Source of the DNA: Selaginella moellendorffii
Taxonomy: Eukaryota; Plantae; Lycopodiophyta
Assembly: GCF_000143415.4 (NCBI RefSeq)
Contig: NW_003314306.1
Coordinates: 163,620-227,619 of the forward strand
Length of the DNA stretch: 64,000 bases
Direction: 5' to 3'
The translations under genes and the position numbers were made by a program. The notes below the pieces were generated by a model that was given only the letters and a program-made list of their open reading frames with translations, made no database searches and was not told the DNA's origin. Positions 47,724 to 59,699 of the stretch are shown here, one piece after another (positions within the stretch are counted from its first letter, which is position 1; every line of letters starts with the position of its first letter).

Positions 47724-48705
47724 TGTAACACACCTTATCTCTCTCCCCTTAAGCCAACTGGAAAAGGGGTAATTGCTTGATGAGAGAGCCCTTCGTGGCT
47801 ATTTTATCCCCATTTATCCCCAAGGTTCCACGGTGACAATATATCCAAATCTCATCCCATGATCACATGCGCTACATTCACCCCCCCTTCAGAAATGTCA
47901 ATGTCCTCATTGACTATTGACTAACAACCCCTACTGAGCCAAGGGGAACCAACACCTCCATTTTCGCACTGAATCTACAAATCCTTCCATTGTGTAGACC
48001 AGCTATTGCATGTGAGGCAACTAGTCATCCACCCGTACCGCAGTGCAAGCAACTAAAGGGAATGACCCAAGAGACGATCTATGGGGTTCAAATATAAAGG
48101 GAAAGAGCCCATGAAAAAGAATGCACCCCCTTTTTCAATTGGTTAAAAGTTTTGGGATATTTGGGATTAAGCGTCCTTGGGTTTGAATAATACTGGGCTT
48201 CCCAGAAGGTCACCCAAATTCAGAAGCTTACACACATGAAAAAGAATGCACCCCCTTTTTCAATTGGTTAAGAGTTTTGGGATATTTGGGATTAAGCGTC
48301 CTTGGGTTTGAATAATACTGGGCTTCCCAGAAGGTCACCCAAATTCAGAAGCTTACACGCAGTCCCATGGTGGATACCTTCGTTTGGGATGCTCCACAAG
48401 AAGAAGGACAAGAAGAAGGACGTACGCATGGATGCCTAATATATACGATTTTCAAATTTAGGGGTAGGAATATACCTTGCTCAAGGGTATATTATATTTT
48501 AGGTAAATGGGAATCGAACCTGTGCCATTTGCTCTGATACCAACTGTAGCGCACCTTATCTCTCTCCCCTTAAGCTAACTGGAAAAGGGGCAATTGTTTG
48601 ATAAGAGAGCCCTTAGTGGCTATTTTATCTCTATTTATCCCCAAGGTTCCAAGGATCCACGGTGACAGTATATCCAAATCTCATCTCATGATCACATGCG
48701 CTACA
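47724..48705 (-). mobile_element. Complete TRIM (non-autonomous LTR element) with internal 5S-rRNA-like cassettes
   Basis: LTRs 47724-47876 and 48545-48705 (TGTA..TACA); TSD AAAGC on both sides; tRNA-iMet PBS (reverse complement TGGTATCAGAGC, 48531-48542); PPT 47877-47888; no coding region; 125-bp tandem unit 48110-48359. Confidence 0.93.
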
Positions 48706-51700
48706 AAAGCTAAATTATCTTTCTTTAGCCAATTGCAATCCACTATGTGGACTAGTTCGTCTTCACTTGTCATTGTTTATAGTTGACTTTAGTTGACTTC
48801 AATTGTCCTCATTTGCCTTCGGTTGTCACTAGATTACATGGATTATATAAATTACATGAATTACATGCTATAGCTAAAAAAAATTAGTTTAATATTAATT
48901 AACAAAGTGAAACAACTAAAGTTTAAACTTGGGAGTAATTTTTAGAAGTTAGATAATTTTTAGCTGCTTGCACTTATGCTCAAAGATCTTAAATAAGGGA
49001 TTTATAGATTAGTTTAGTAGTTGAATAATATTATCATATTTATGGAGTGAGGCTTGCTATAACACCTCAATAACATGGTGGTTTGGTTTTTTAAAAGACA
49101 TTAGAATTCATCCAACAAATTTTTTTATGGTCTCATAGAGCTATATATTTGTTCATACTTATAATATATATTAACTAACAAGATAAACATATTTTATGTA
49201 ATTTTTTATATCCACTTTTACTTTCTATGGAGATTTGAAAATTAAATTCTATACATTCCCTCACACTAAAGATACAACATTATCCTTAATGTGGTTGTAA
49301 GGTTTTCTAAAAAGGATCATTAGTAATTAAGTCAGTTTATTTTATATTTTGGTTCTAGTTTTTTTTTCCTCCATATTAAATACAAGTTTTTTTTGTGAAA
49401 AAGGCAAAATTTGATAAATAAAAAATGAAAATTATTAAAAAATTTAAAAGCTTATTCATGATGTGAGTGCTCGAGAGTTATAATAAAAGCTCTAGATATT
49501 TAGATTTACCTTCATCAAACTTTTTATTTCTAATAAAAAATATTGATAAAGATAAGTCCAAACATCTAGAGCTTTTATTAGATTATTGCACACAATTGCA
49601 AAAACCTAAAAATCCTCAATTGATTTATACAATGTAGGATAGAAATATAATTCAAAGTTATAATGCAAACATTTACAAATGGCATGATCAATTCTATAGA
49701 ATCCTGAAGAACTATATGAGTTATTACAAAATGTTTAAACCAACTTATGATTTTTAAATGCCAATGGAATCTACACCAATTGATCCACATAATCACATCT
49801 TTCTATGTGGGCATCCCAAGCTTCCTCCATAGCATAATCTTAAAGCCATAACTCTAAACTAAAACAAGGGACTTTGAGGGCCATTATAATTCCTAAAACA
49901 CAACTACCAATAAATGATAAAATTTGTCTCTACATCTTCTTCTTAATCAACTTCTAAAACCTCTACTAATTTAGACACACAATTAATGTCAAAAAGTGTC
50001 TCTATCTTCTCTTTAGTCAACCTTTAAGACTATTGTTAACTTAGAATTACAACTTTTGTCCTCATCCAACATCACATATTAGACGTTGGACCACTCCATT
50101 GGTCTTCGTATCCTCATTCCCTCCTCAAAAGAAAATAAAAACACTTTTAAAACTCTCTTAGTTCTATTTGAATTTCTTGTGTTTATCTTCACTCTATTAT
50201 ATATGTTTCACTCCACTATTGTATTTACTCATACTCACTCTATTAAAACTAAATATTCTATTCAAACTTATTACACTAGTTATCACTTCATAATCTATGT
50301 TATTTCACTTCATTGTTAGGGCTGGATTGCCACTGTTCCGTTTACCCCTTTTTTGAAAAGAAAAAAAGTTTGAGGGATGGCTAAAGAGAGGAAGTGAGAA
50401 AATATTAAGGAAGAAAGAATGTACAAAAAAGTGGATAAAAAAGCATTGGAAGAGGACATTTTAAATGCATCCAAGTGGAAATAAGGAAATAAAAAGCCTA
50501 TCCTTATTTTGGAAGCAACATTATATCCTTGAAGAATGTTCTTATAAAAAAGTTTACATCTTATAGCATACTACCCTAGTTCTCAAAACCTTTATTAACC
50601 ACACTATTGTTCTAGTAGACATTTGTCATAACATTTGGATTTTAGAGCATTGCTTTGGTCCTAGATTTTGTAATGGTTGACTACAACCAAATTACCTCAA
50701 CACTTATGAAGGATTCCATGATCTTAGGATAGGCTTGGTATAGGCATCCCCTAGCACTATAGAGATCTTAGATGGTTGCATGAAAGCCACTCTTTACAAT
50801 GCTTATGACTTACCTCTACAAGAGTAGAGGTGCATTCAAATCATAGATTCTTCCTCTTCAAGGCTTCCTCAAGAGTTGGAAGTGGTCTTCTTCGAAATGC
50901 TTGAGGATTCATCTCTACTATAACTCAAGGTGTATTTAGACAGTTTGACTACTTCTAGAGGCTTTAGTAAGTCCCTATAAGATAGTAGGGGGAGGATTCT
51001 AGGGGAACTAATTTGATTAAGGAATGTTATATTTATATGGTGGGTGATGATATGAAGTTTAAAGTTAAAGTGAACATGGATGGACAAGTGGGGTGACTTG
51101 GTGAAGTGTCAAGAGTCGGCTTTAACTCTTTCGGAAGATTGAATGGTTGATGCTCTCAATTCAAGTATAAATACTCAAATACTTTGTATAGCTTATCAGA
51201 ACCTCACTCTATCTACATGCTAGAGCACCTTAGTGGCAAAAAGTGGGGAGAATACCTACAAGTCTCATGTTAGGCTACGGTATTTTGAAATATCATTTCA
51301 AGATCTTTGATTGTGAAAAGGATCTTTTTGCTTAGTAACTAGGAGTATGGTTATTTGGTGAGGAAGTCCTAATAGTTAATGGGATTTAATGGATAGACCT
51401 TTCAACCCTAACCCAATGGCAATATTGAAGAGCATTGCCATGAATGAAGAAAGGCTTCATGGGTTCAAAGAAGGGATATTTGTCATGAATGTGATTTTGG
51501 GTATCAAAAGTTATCTATTGGCTAGTCCTTTCAGATATTCTTTCCTTACTGCTAGAGCAGAAGGTTGGTTTTTGTCGCGCATGTGACTTCGGGTATCGAA
51601 AGTTATCTGTCGACTAGTCCTTACGGACACTCTTACCTTACTACCATGATGGCAGGAGGTCGGTACTGCTGGTTCCCTTTATTGGCCCCTCTTGTTCAAG

Positions 51701-52798
51701 TGTTAGTAAACTGGACTTTGCATCTGTACTTGGCCGGATGAGCATAAGGACGGAATTCCTAAGTGTCTATTTTGCCAAGCATACTTGGCCCGGCTTTTTA
51801 GTTCTCTTTTGCTCTATCTTGCACTGGCTTGGCAAGAACCCTCGCGTATTGAGACTAGTCCCTCAATATCGCCGGATGATAGCTTACCGTGTCTGCCAAA
51901 CACCCTCGCTATCATGCCCTTTGTGTTAGTCTCATTTCGGTCCCAAATGCTATTTATGGAAAGTGTCCAGATTTGCTCATTTGGCATATCTACAGAATGT
52001 AGAGATCGTCCTGAACACAATGGTGTTCGTCCCATGCCCAAATTCGCAATCTAAGGACATTCCATATTTAGTAAGTTTCGAGCTTGTCCCAGAGACTAAC
52101 TCCTGATACTAAGGGAGGCTTGGGGTGAAAGCCCAAAGCGTGTGTTCCTCAAGGGGGGGGGGGGGGGCTGTGGGGGGTTCCAAATGTATAGTAGGGATAG
52201 TGGGTAGGTTGGGCATGGCCAACCAACCTGAGGCATAGTCTAGCTCCCGCTTGCATACCTGTCCTTGTTCTGCGTCCGGCTTGGGTCTAAGCCTAAGTTC
52301 CATTCCATGCTAGTTGGTGGAGTACCCATGTCCTCGCGTTAGGCCACCAGTATGCCGAAATAGCGCTAGACTCCGTTGTGAGACACAAAATCCCTAGGCC
52401 CCAAAGTAGAGCCGGAAAGGGCGCCACGTGGTAGTGGCCGAAGCGAGAGCCAAACGAGCGTAACACGTTTGGACCAAAAGCTCCGACTTGAAAAGTCAAG
52501 AGCGGGAGTGGAACTCCCAACGAAGTGCTCGAGGAACGAGCACGAAGCTGTGAGACACAAAATCCCTAGGCCCCAAAGTGGAGCCGGAAGGGCGCCACAT
52601 GGTAGTGGCCGAAGCGAGAGCCAAACGAGTGTAACACGTTTGGACCAAAAGCTCCGACTTGAAAAGTCAAGAGCGGGAGTGGAACTCCCAACGAAGTGCT
52701 CGAGGAACGAGCACGAAGGGAGCAAAAGGCGAGGCTCCAAAAAGGGACCCAAAAGGACCAACACATGACACGTGGGAGTGTCCGAGATGGACTTGAGT

Positions 52799-52935
52799 NN
52801 NNNNNNNNNNNNNNNNNNNNNNNNNNNNNNNNNNNNNNNNNNNNNNNNNNNNNNNNNNNNNNNNNNNNNNNNNNNNNNNNNNNNNNNNNNNNNNNNNNNN
52901 NNNNNNNNNNNNNNNNNNNNNNNNNNNNNNNNNNN
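52799..52935. other. Assembly gap
   Basis: N run. Confidence 1.
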
Positions 52936-53136
52936 AGTTGGAGTCCGAAGTGGAGTCCGAGATGGACCCGAGATGGAGTCCGAGATGGAGTCCGAAGTGG
53001 AGTCCGAGGTGGACCCGAGATGGACCCGAGTTGGAGTCCGAAGTGGAGTCCGAGATGGACCCGAGATGGAGTCCGAGATGGAGTCCGAGATGGAGTCTGA
53101 GATGGAGTCCGAAGTCGAGACCGAGACCGAGACTGG

Positions 53137-53174
<38 letters not shown>

Positions 53175-53283
53175 TCGGGACCGAGACCGAGACCGAGGCC
53201 GAGGCCGAGACCGAGCCCGAGCCCGAGTCCGAGTCCGAATCCGAGTCCGAGTCCGAGTCCGAGTCCAAGTCCGAGTCCGGAGC
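52936..53283. repeat. Compound 12-mer/6-mer tandem array (GATGGAGTCCGA)n, (GAGACC)n, (GAGTCC)n
   Basis: Direct reading. Confidence 0.9.
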
Positions 53284-55366
53284 CTGAGAGGGTGAAAGCC
53301 CAAAGCGTTCGTCTCCCAGACCCTGGGGGGTTTGGTGAGCTCCAAAAGTATAGTAGGGGGGAGGACTGCAGTGGAGCCAGTTTGGCCAGGAAAGGCTAGT
53401 TTGGCCCAGGAAGGCCGGACCCAGTGTTGGGTGATGAGCTGCCCACTGGGAAGTCCAAGACTAGAGTGAACACAGACCGACAAGCGGGGTAGCTTGGTGA
53501 AGTGTTCAAGAGCCGGCTCTAGTTCCCCTGGGAGATCGACTGGCCGATGCTCCCAGTCCAAGTGTGGGTGGCACTACCTACTTGGATACCTGGTGTGGCT
53601 CAACGGAACCCGCTCTAAGCCCATGGCTAGAGCACCCAAGGGCAGAAGGCGAGGAGAGTACCCAGGTGGCTCGCGTAAGGCCACGGTGTTCCGAAATGTT
53701 GTCCCAAAGGCCCAGACTGTGGAAAGGAGGAGGAGCAGTCCTCTGGGGTAGTGACCAAGGACACAGTCGTGTGGTGAGGAAGTCCCAGAGGACCGTGGGA
53801 CTTAGTGGTCGGGCCTGTGGGTCTCGATCCAGTGGCAGTGTTGGCAAACACGGCCAGGGGCAAAAAGGGACTTAGTGGGGATTGACAGAGGGATATTGGG
53901 GAAGGCTATTCCCCTTGTCGGTGGGCATCCTAAGGATGCTAAGGAGTGGATCTGAGATGACCACTCATGGATGGTTTGCCTAGTCTTGGAGAGCCAAGAC
54001 GGTGATGCAAGGGGTATTGGACTACCAGTGTGGCAAAGGTGATTGGACATGGCCTTAGCGTAACGGGCTGCTATGTCGGTGGTACCTTTGAGTGTCGGTC
54101 ATGGGATCGGACACGTGGAGCACTTGGACCAAGTGCAAATGTTGAGTGGCATGGACGCCATTCTCGGGGCTAGCAAGTCCCAAGTCCTGGATTGGACTTA
54201 TGGAGGTTGTGAATGAGACTCCTCCAAGTGGTCAGAGGTGTGGTTAAGTGACTAAAGTAGAATGGAAAATTTAGTCGCTTACAGGCAGGAGGTCGGTACT
54301 GCTAGTTCCCTTTATTGGCCCCTCTTGTTCAAGTGTTAGTAAACTGGACTTTGCATCTGTACTTGGCCGGATGAGCATAAGGATGGAATTCCTAAGTGTC
54401 TATTTTGCCAAGCATACTTGGCCCGGCTTTTTAGTTCTCTTTTGCTCTGTCTTGCACTGGCTTGGCAAGAACCCTCGCGTATTGAGACTAGTCCCTCAAT
54501 ATCGCTGGATGATAGCTTACCGTGTCTGCCAAACACCCTCGCTATCATGCCCTTTGTGTTAGTCTCATTTCGGTCCCAAATGCTATTTATGGAAAGTGTC
54601 CAGATTTGCTCATTTGGCATATCTACGGAATGTAGAGATCGTCCTGAACACAATGGTGTTCGTCCCATGCCCAAATTCGCAATCTAAAGACATTCCATAT
54701 TTAGTAAGTTTCGAGCTTGTCCCAGAGACTAACTCCTGATACTAAGGGAGGCTTGGGGTGAAAGCCCAAAGCGTGTGTTCATCAAGGGGGGGGGGGGGGC
54801 TGTGGGGGGTTCCAAATGTATAGTAGGGATAGTGGGTAGGTTGGGCATAGCCAACCAACCTGAGGCATAGTCTAGCTCCCGCTTGCGTGCCTGTCCTTGT
54901 TCTGCGTCCGGCTTGGGTCTAAGCCTAAGTTCCATTCCATGCTAGTTGGTGGAGTACCCATGTCCTCGCGTTAGGCCACCGGTATGCCGAAATAGCGCCA
55001 GACTCCGTTTGGCTCCGTTTTGCATGCTGGTCCTGGCATTGGGATGCTGGTTACTCTAGGACTGTTCCAAGTCGCTCCGGGCCCCTGTCCCTTCGCTCCT
55101 TGGGCTTTATGCTCGGGAGTTGCTCCGTGGTTCGGTTCCGTCACTCTTTGGCTCCATGCTTGGGAGTTTGGCACCGTTTCTTCGTTCAGTGGCCCAAGGC
55201 TCTGGACCTCGGGTTCCTATGGACACGTGGCATGGACACGTGGCATGTGACACGTGGCATCTGTCACGTGGCACAAAGAGGGTTTAGGTTCCGCTTCGTG
55301 GTGTTATCCTATGGTAAATCACCATAGGATAAAGGGTCAAAACCACGTGCGCTACAGTTTTGCTTG

Positions 55367-55614
55367 ATCCTTTATTAGTCTCCACCTAAGCTAGTTGAGA
55401 AACTAATCTTCACATGTGCACTTAACCAGATGACCATAAAGACGGAATTTCTAAGTGCTATTTGTCAAGCATACTTGATCTGGTTAAAGAAACAAAACTA
55501 GGTCAAGTATGCTTGACTAATAACACTTAGGAATTCCATCTTTATGCTCATCTGGTCAAGTGCACACATGAAGATTAGTTTCTCAACTAGCTTAGGTAGA
55601 GACTGATAAAGGAT
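55367..55614. repeat. Long inverted repeat (arms ~119 bp, 10-nt loop) derived from family-A LTR 5' ends
   Basis: 55367-55485 is the imperfect reverse complement of 55496-55614. Confidence 0.9.
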
Positions 55615-57364
55615 TCAACAATATCAGCCTTTTGTTATCGTGGTAGTAATAAAAGAATATCCGAAAGGACTAGCTGACAGATAGCTTTCAATACCCACAA
55701 TATTGGAGAATAGTGTTCCCCCATATCTTAAGGCATTCTAAGGATGCTAAGAAGTGGTCAAGACTGACTACTCATAAATAGATAGTCTAGTCTTGGAAAA
55801 TGGGAAATACAATAGTAAGAATGGATTGTGTGATATAGTCTAGTATAAATTTATAAGTAGCTTATTGAAACATAAAGACATCAATAAGCAATTGGTTTGA
55901 TAGTTTCTCCTCAATTAAATGGTCTATGAAGGAGTCTAGCAATATTATGAAGTTTGTCTTGTCAATTGTTAAAAAGGATTTTGCCTATACTGCTGCTTTA
56001 CTAGTAAGAGATTGGAGAAAGTCCCACTTCTTACAATCATTATCAAATATGGTATCGGAAGAGCAATAGTATTTAAACCGCTCAATATAGATGGAGGGGG
56101 AAATGTTACTAATGCCAAAAAATGTTGGTAGATTTCTCCCCTTTTGGACAATATGGACTTTAGATTGTTATGCCATATTATGTGAATCCCTCAAGTAGGA
56201 ATCCTTTGAGGATGTTAAATATTGATCATCCAAGTTTGATAAATAAACTCCCTCTAAAGTCATGAAAGTTTTTATATACCTTGCTTGATTGTGTCAAGTG
56301 CTGGAAATGCAAGAAGCCAAGGAGTTTAGCCAAAGTTACTGCTGATATAAATCAAATAGCAAGATCTCTTAAGTGTCAAAAACTCCACTCCAAGTTATGA
56401 GAAAAGCAAGAAAGATGCCTCCAATGAAGAAAAATAGCCTCTCTTGCAAGGAACTCTTGATGTGGCTGCTGGATCAAAAGATGGCCAAAAGGACCCCCTA
56501 GGAAGAAGCAAGAAAAAGACCCAAAGAAAGTGGAAGAAGACATATTTATGAAAGTAGCAAAAAGAAAATGACTAGAAATTATGAGATACTCAGCTTGCAC
56601 TCAAATGAAAGAGGAAGACAAAATTTTAAAACACAATGCAATAACTTTGATGAATGATGGATACTTTGGCCTAAAAAAACCCACACACTCAAAAGAGAAA
56701 AAATAATTTGCATGCAACTCCAAAGAACATGAAAATGGAAATGCATACATCAATGGAAAGAGTTTAAGCATATCTATATGATACACTAAAAGGAAATGCA
56801 AAAGAGTGGAATAATTGCAAGAACTAGACACTCAAATATGACCATGACTATAACCAAATGAGAAGATGAAGAGAAGGATTAGAATTCTACTAGACTTTGC
56901 ATGAATTTAGCTTCTAGAAAGCTCTATCACCATCCCAGACCTCTTTGGGAGAAAGATTTAGAATGAAAATGCAAATAAAAGTGCATACTTGAATCTAAAG
57001 CCTATATCCTTGAATTGCAAAAAAAGGCCATTCAAAAGAAGGCAAATAAGGGGATTACCCTAAACAAGTGTAGACCATTCTTAAGCTCACGAGTTGAAGG
57101 GTTAAGCTCTCAAGTTGAGCTTAATTTTTAATTATATTTTAATATAAATATTATAAACTTTAAAATATTAAGGTTATGGTAAACCTAATAGATTCACCAC
57201 TCTCTACACATTAAGATAAAAATATTCTAAAGGACACTTATTTTAACAATTTAAATATTTACTATATGCTATAATAGGGATGTTTGTTAGAACATAAAAT
57301 AAGATGTTTGCAGAAAAATTAATCTTGTTACTTCCTTAAATCTATACTCTATAAATCTGTACTT

Positions 57365-57860
57365 GAGCACATTTTTGGTCTGAGGGACTGAGGTATTTAA
57401 GTAACCTCGGCCCCTAGGCTATAGAAGTGCTCAAGGTTAAATTTGGGCCAACCACCTTAGACACATTTGCAGTTTGGGGGTTTAAGGTTGTTTGAATAAC
57501 CTCGACCCCCTGGGCTGTAGAAGTGTCCAAGGTTGAGCTCAAGCTGGTCATCTCGGCACATTTGTGGCCTAGGGGCTGAGGTTATGGCCACAAAAGTGCT
57601 TGAGGTCGAGCTTGTGCCAGCCACCTCAAGCACTTTTGGGGCCTGGGTGGCCAAGGTTAGGAAGTTGCAAAAGTGTCTAAGGTTGAGCTTGGGCCAGCCA
57701 CTTTAGGCACTTTTGTGGCCTATGGGGCCGAGATTATTTGAATAACCTTAGCCCTCAAGGAACACAATGTACCCAAGGTTGAGCTTAAGTTGGTCACCTC
57801 ATGCACTTTTTATGCTCATAAGGCTAAGGTTATTTGAATGACCTCAAAAACACAAAGTGG
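57365..57860. repeat. Degenerate ~85-bp tandem repeats with internal palindromes (transposon subterminal-like)
   Basis: Recurrent GAGGTTATTTGAATAACCTC-like and CCAAGGTTGAGCTT..CCACCT motifs. Confidence 0.7.
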
Positions 57861-57949
57861 TTAAGTTTTGGCTAGCTTAATGTTTTGTCTTTTTATCTTT
57901 AATTTATTATTAACTTTATTTAGTTTGACTAACAAAATTTCTTTTTTTG

Positions 57950-59000
57950 CAGAAAAGGAAAATAGTGCCATCTAAAAATGTTGTTAAAGCCATGAGAATA
58001 TAAGAAGGTGAATTTGACATTGATAAAGAAGAGTTGCAAATCTTCCTAACAACATGGTGGATAAGTGCTTCCATAAAACTATTATAGGGATAAAAGAAAA
58101 AACAATTTATCAAACACTTGTAGCACTCAAGTGGCTACACCCTAGTGATTTGATCAAGGAAATCCTTTTTTGCCATTTGCAGCAGACGAACTTTATGTGC
58201 ACAACATTAAAGTATGTTAACCCACATATATAACTTGTTTAAATAGAATGGTCTTGTGACGAATATTGGTATGTTTCTAATCTCTTTCTGCAAGTTAAGG
58301 ACAATAAATATTGTTACCATCACACATGAGATCGTGAACAACTGGAATCCTATTTGGAGGAGGAAGTCCCTTGAAATTGATAACATGCTTATCAAGCTTA
58401 CAGGGATAATATTCCAAATTATTAATGGTAACCATTAGTATAGGTTTGGATGAAGTGTATTGACAATTATTTTCATGATGATCCCATTTACCATATCAAG
58501 TTTCTAGTTGGCCATATCTACATGAGGGGGCCCTGAATGTCAACAAACTTTTCTTAACTTGCCAAAAGATCAATATGTAAGTTTTAAAATTTCACTTTTA
58601 ACTCCATTTTAACTTTTTTTGTCATGTTTAAATGCAAGGTTAAGCAATTTTCTGTCCAAAAGCAAAATATTATCTATAACATCAAGTAACTCTATTTTTT
58701 GACAAACTTGAGTGAGGATGACATTCGACAATATTATGGTGATGATCTTGCAACATTTGTTTGGCACTTATGCATTCAAAATGATGGTACAACATGGTTT
58801 AATAATCTAATCAATTTTATACTCATAATGTATTGCAAGGTATGTCTTTCCCTTTCACTTTATAAAAACCTCTTTATATTGTTTTGGTTTCTAGCCTTTG
58901 GTGAAGGTTAAGCAAGATGTTTATAAACTTGCACATCTAAAGAAGAGTTAGGAAGAGCTATTGGCTAAGCTCGTACAAATTGAGCATAAAATTTAGCATA
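57950..59000 (+). pseudogene. Degenerate Ulp1/C48-protease-like sequence (transposon-borne type)
   Basis: IIFQIINGNH-stop (cf. IPINxxxHW) and IQNDGTT (cf. QxNxxDCG); many stops. Confidence 0.4.
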
Positions 59001-59699
59001 CAAAGTCTTCAAAGTTGAAGAAACTAATATGTATTGCAAAACATCATAGGCCAAAGGAGTGGCTAAAGATTATATTTGAAATTTTTACTCACAAATGTAA
59101 ATTTTTTATCACATGCTTCATTTTTCTCAATTACATATATGCTATACTTTTGCAATGAATAAACTCCAGATGACATGATTTACAATATCACAAAATCAAA
59201 ACTCCCATACAAGCAATAGATCAAGACTCTAGAGTTCCTCAATATTTATTTGATGAATAAAGAAAAAAGATTGCCAGAAGTATTTGAAAACATGATGAGA
59301 AAGGCTGTCTACATCACACAAATTATATCTAAAGATAAGAAGTTCTTAGTACTGCATATTGGTGATGATTTAGATGGCACATTCATATCTTTTAATACTT
59401 ATGTTAACACATCATTGAAAGGGATCAAAGAAGAGTGGCTGCCAAAGAAGTTTATAAGCAAGACAACTTATGATTGCCAATATAGTTAGCTTTATTTCAT
59501 GCAATATGCACTTTATAGGTATAACATGATTTCTAAGATCTTTCCTAATTATATATGGAATGCGAGCTTGATTAGAAGCTTCTTCATCCTTCTCTCCATC
59601 ATCACCAACATTGCCATCATTACTAGCAGTGATAACTTCCTCCTGATCTAATGTAAGGGTCTCCTTCTCTAGGAGCTCCAACTCCCAAGAGAATTCTAC

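Larger units (their letters stand above)
52377..54283. mobile_element. Second LTR-like element (family B) with a 172-bp tandem duplication at the left end
   Basis: TGTGAGAC...GCTTACA termini; unit repeated at 52377 and 52549; shares the GGTGAAAGCCCAAAGCG..TATAGTAGG motif with family A; contains an assembly gap. Confidence 0.6.
51573..55356 (+). mobile_element. Family-A LTR composite (two overlapping LTR parts separated by a second LTR-like element)
   Basis: TGTCGCG...GCGCTACA termini; perfect TSD GTTTT; 51651-52376 repeated at 54284-55007. Confidence 0.85.

Noticed and set aside
52366-53561. Long SD/ES/RT-repeat ORFs
   Set aside because: Produced by hexamer arrays and an N gap inside an LTR-like element
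50590-57060. Additional retroelement debris flanking the family-A composite
   Set aside because: PPT-like and LTR-like motifs are present, but boundaries and domains could not be supported
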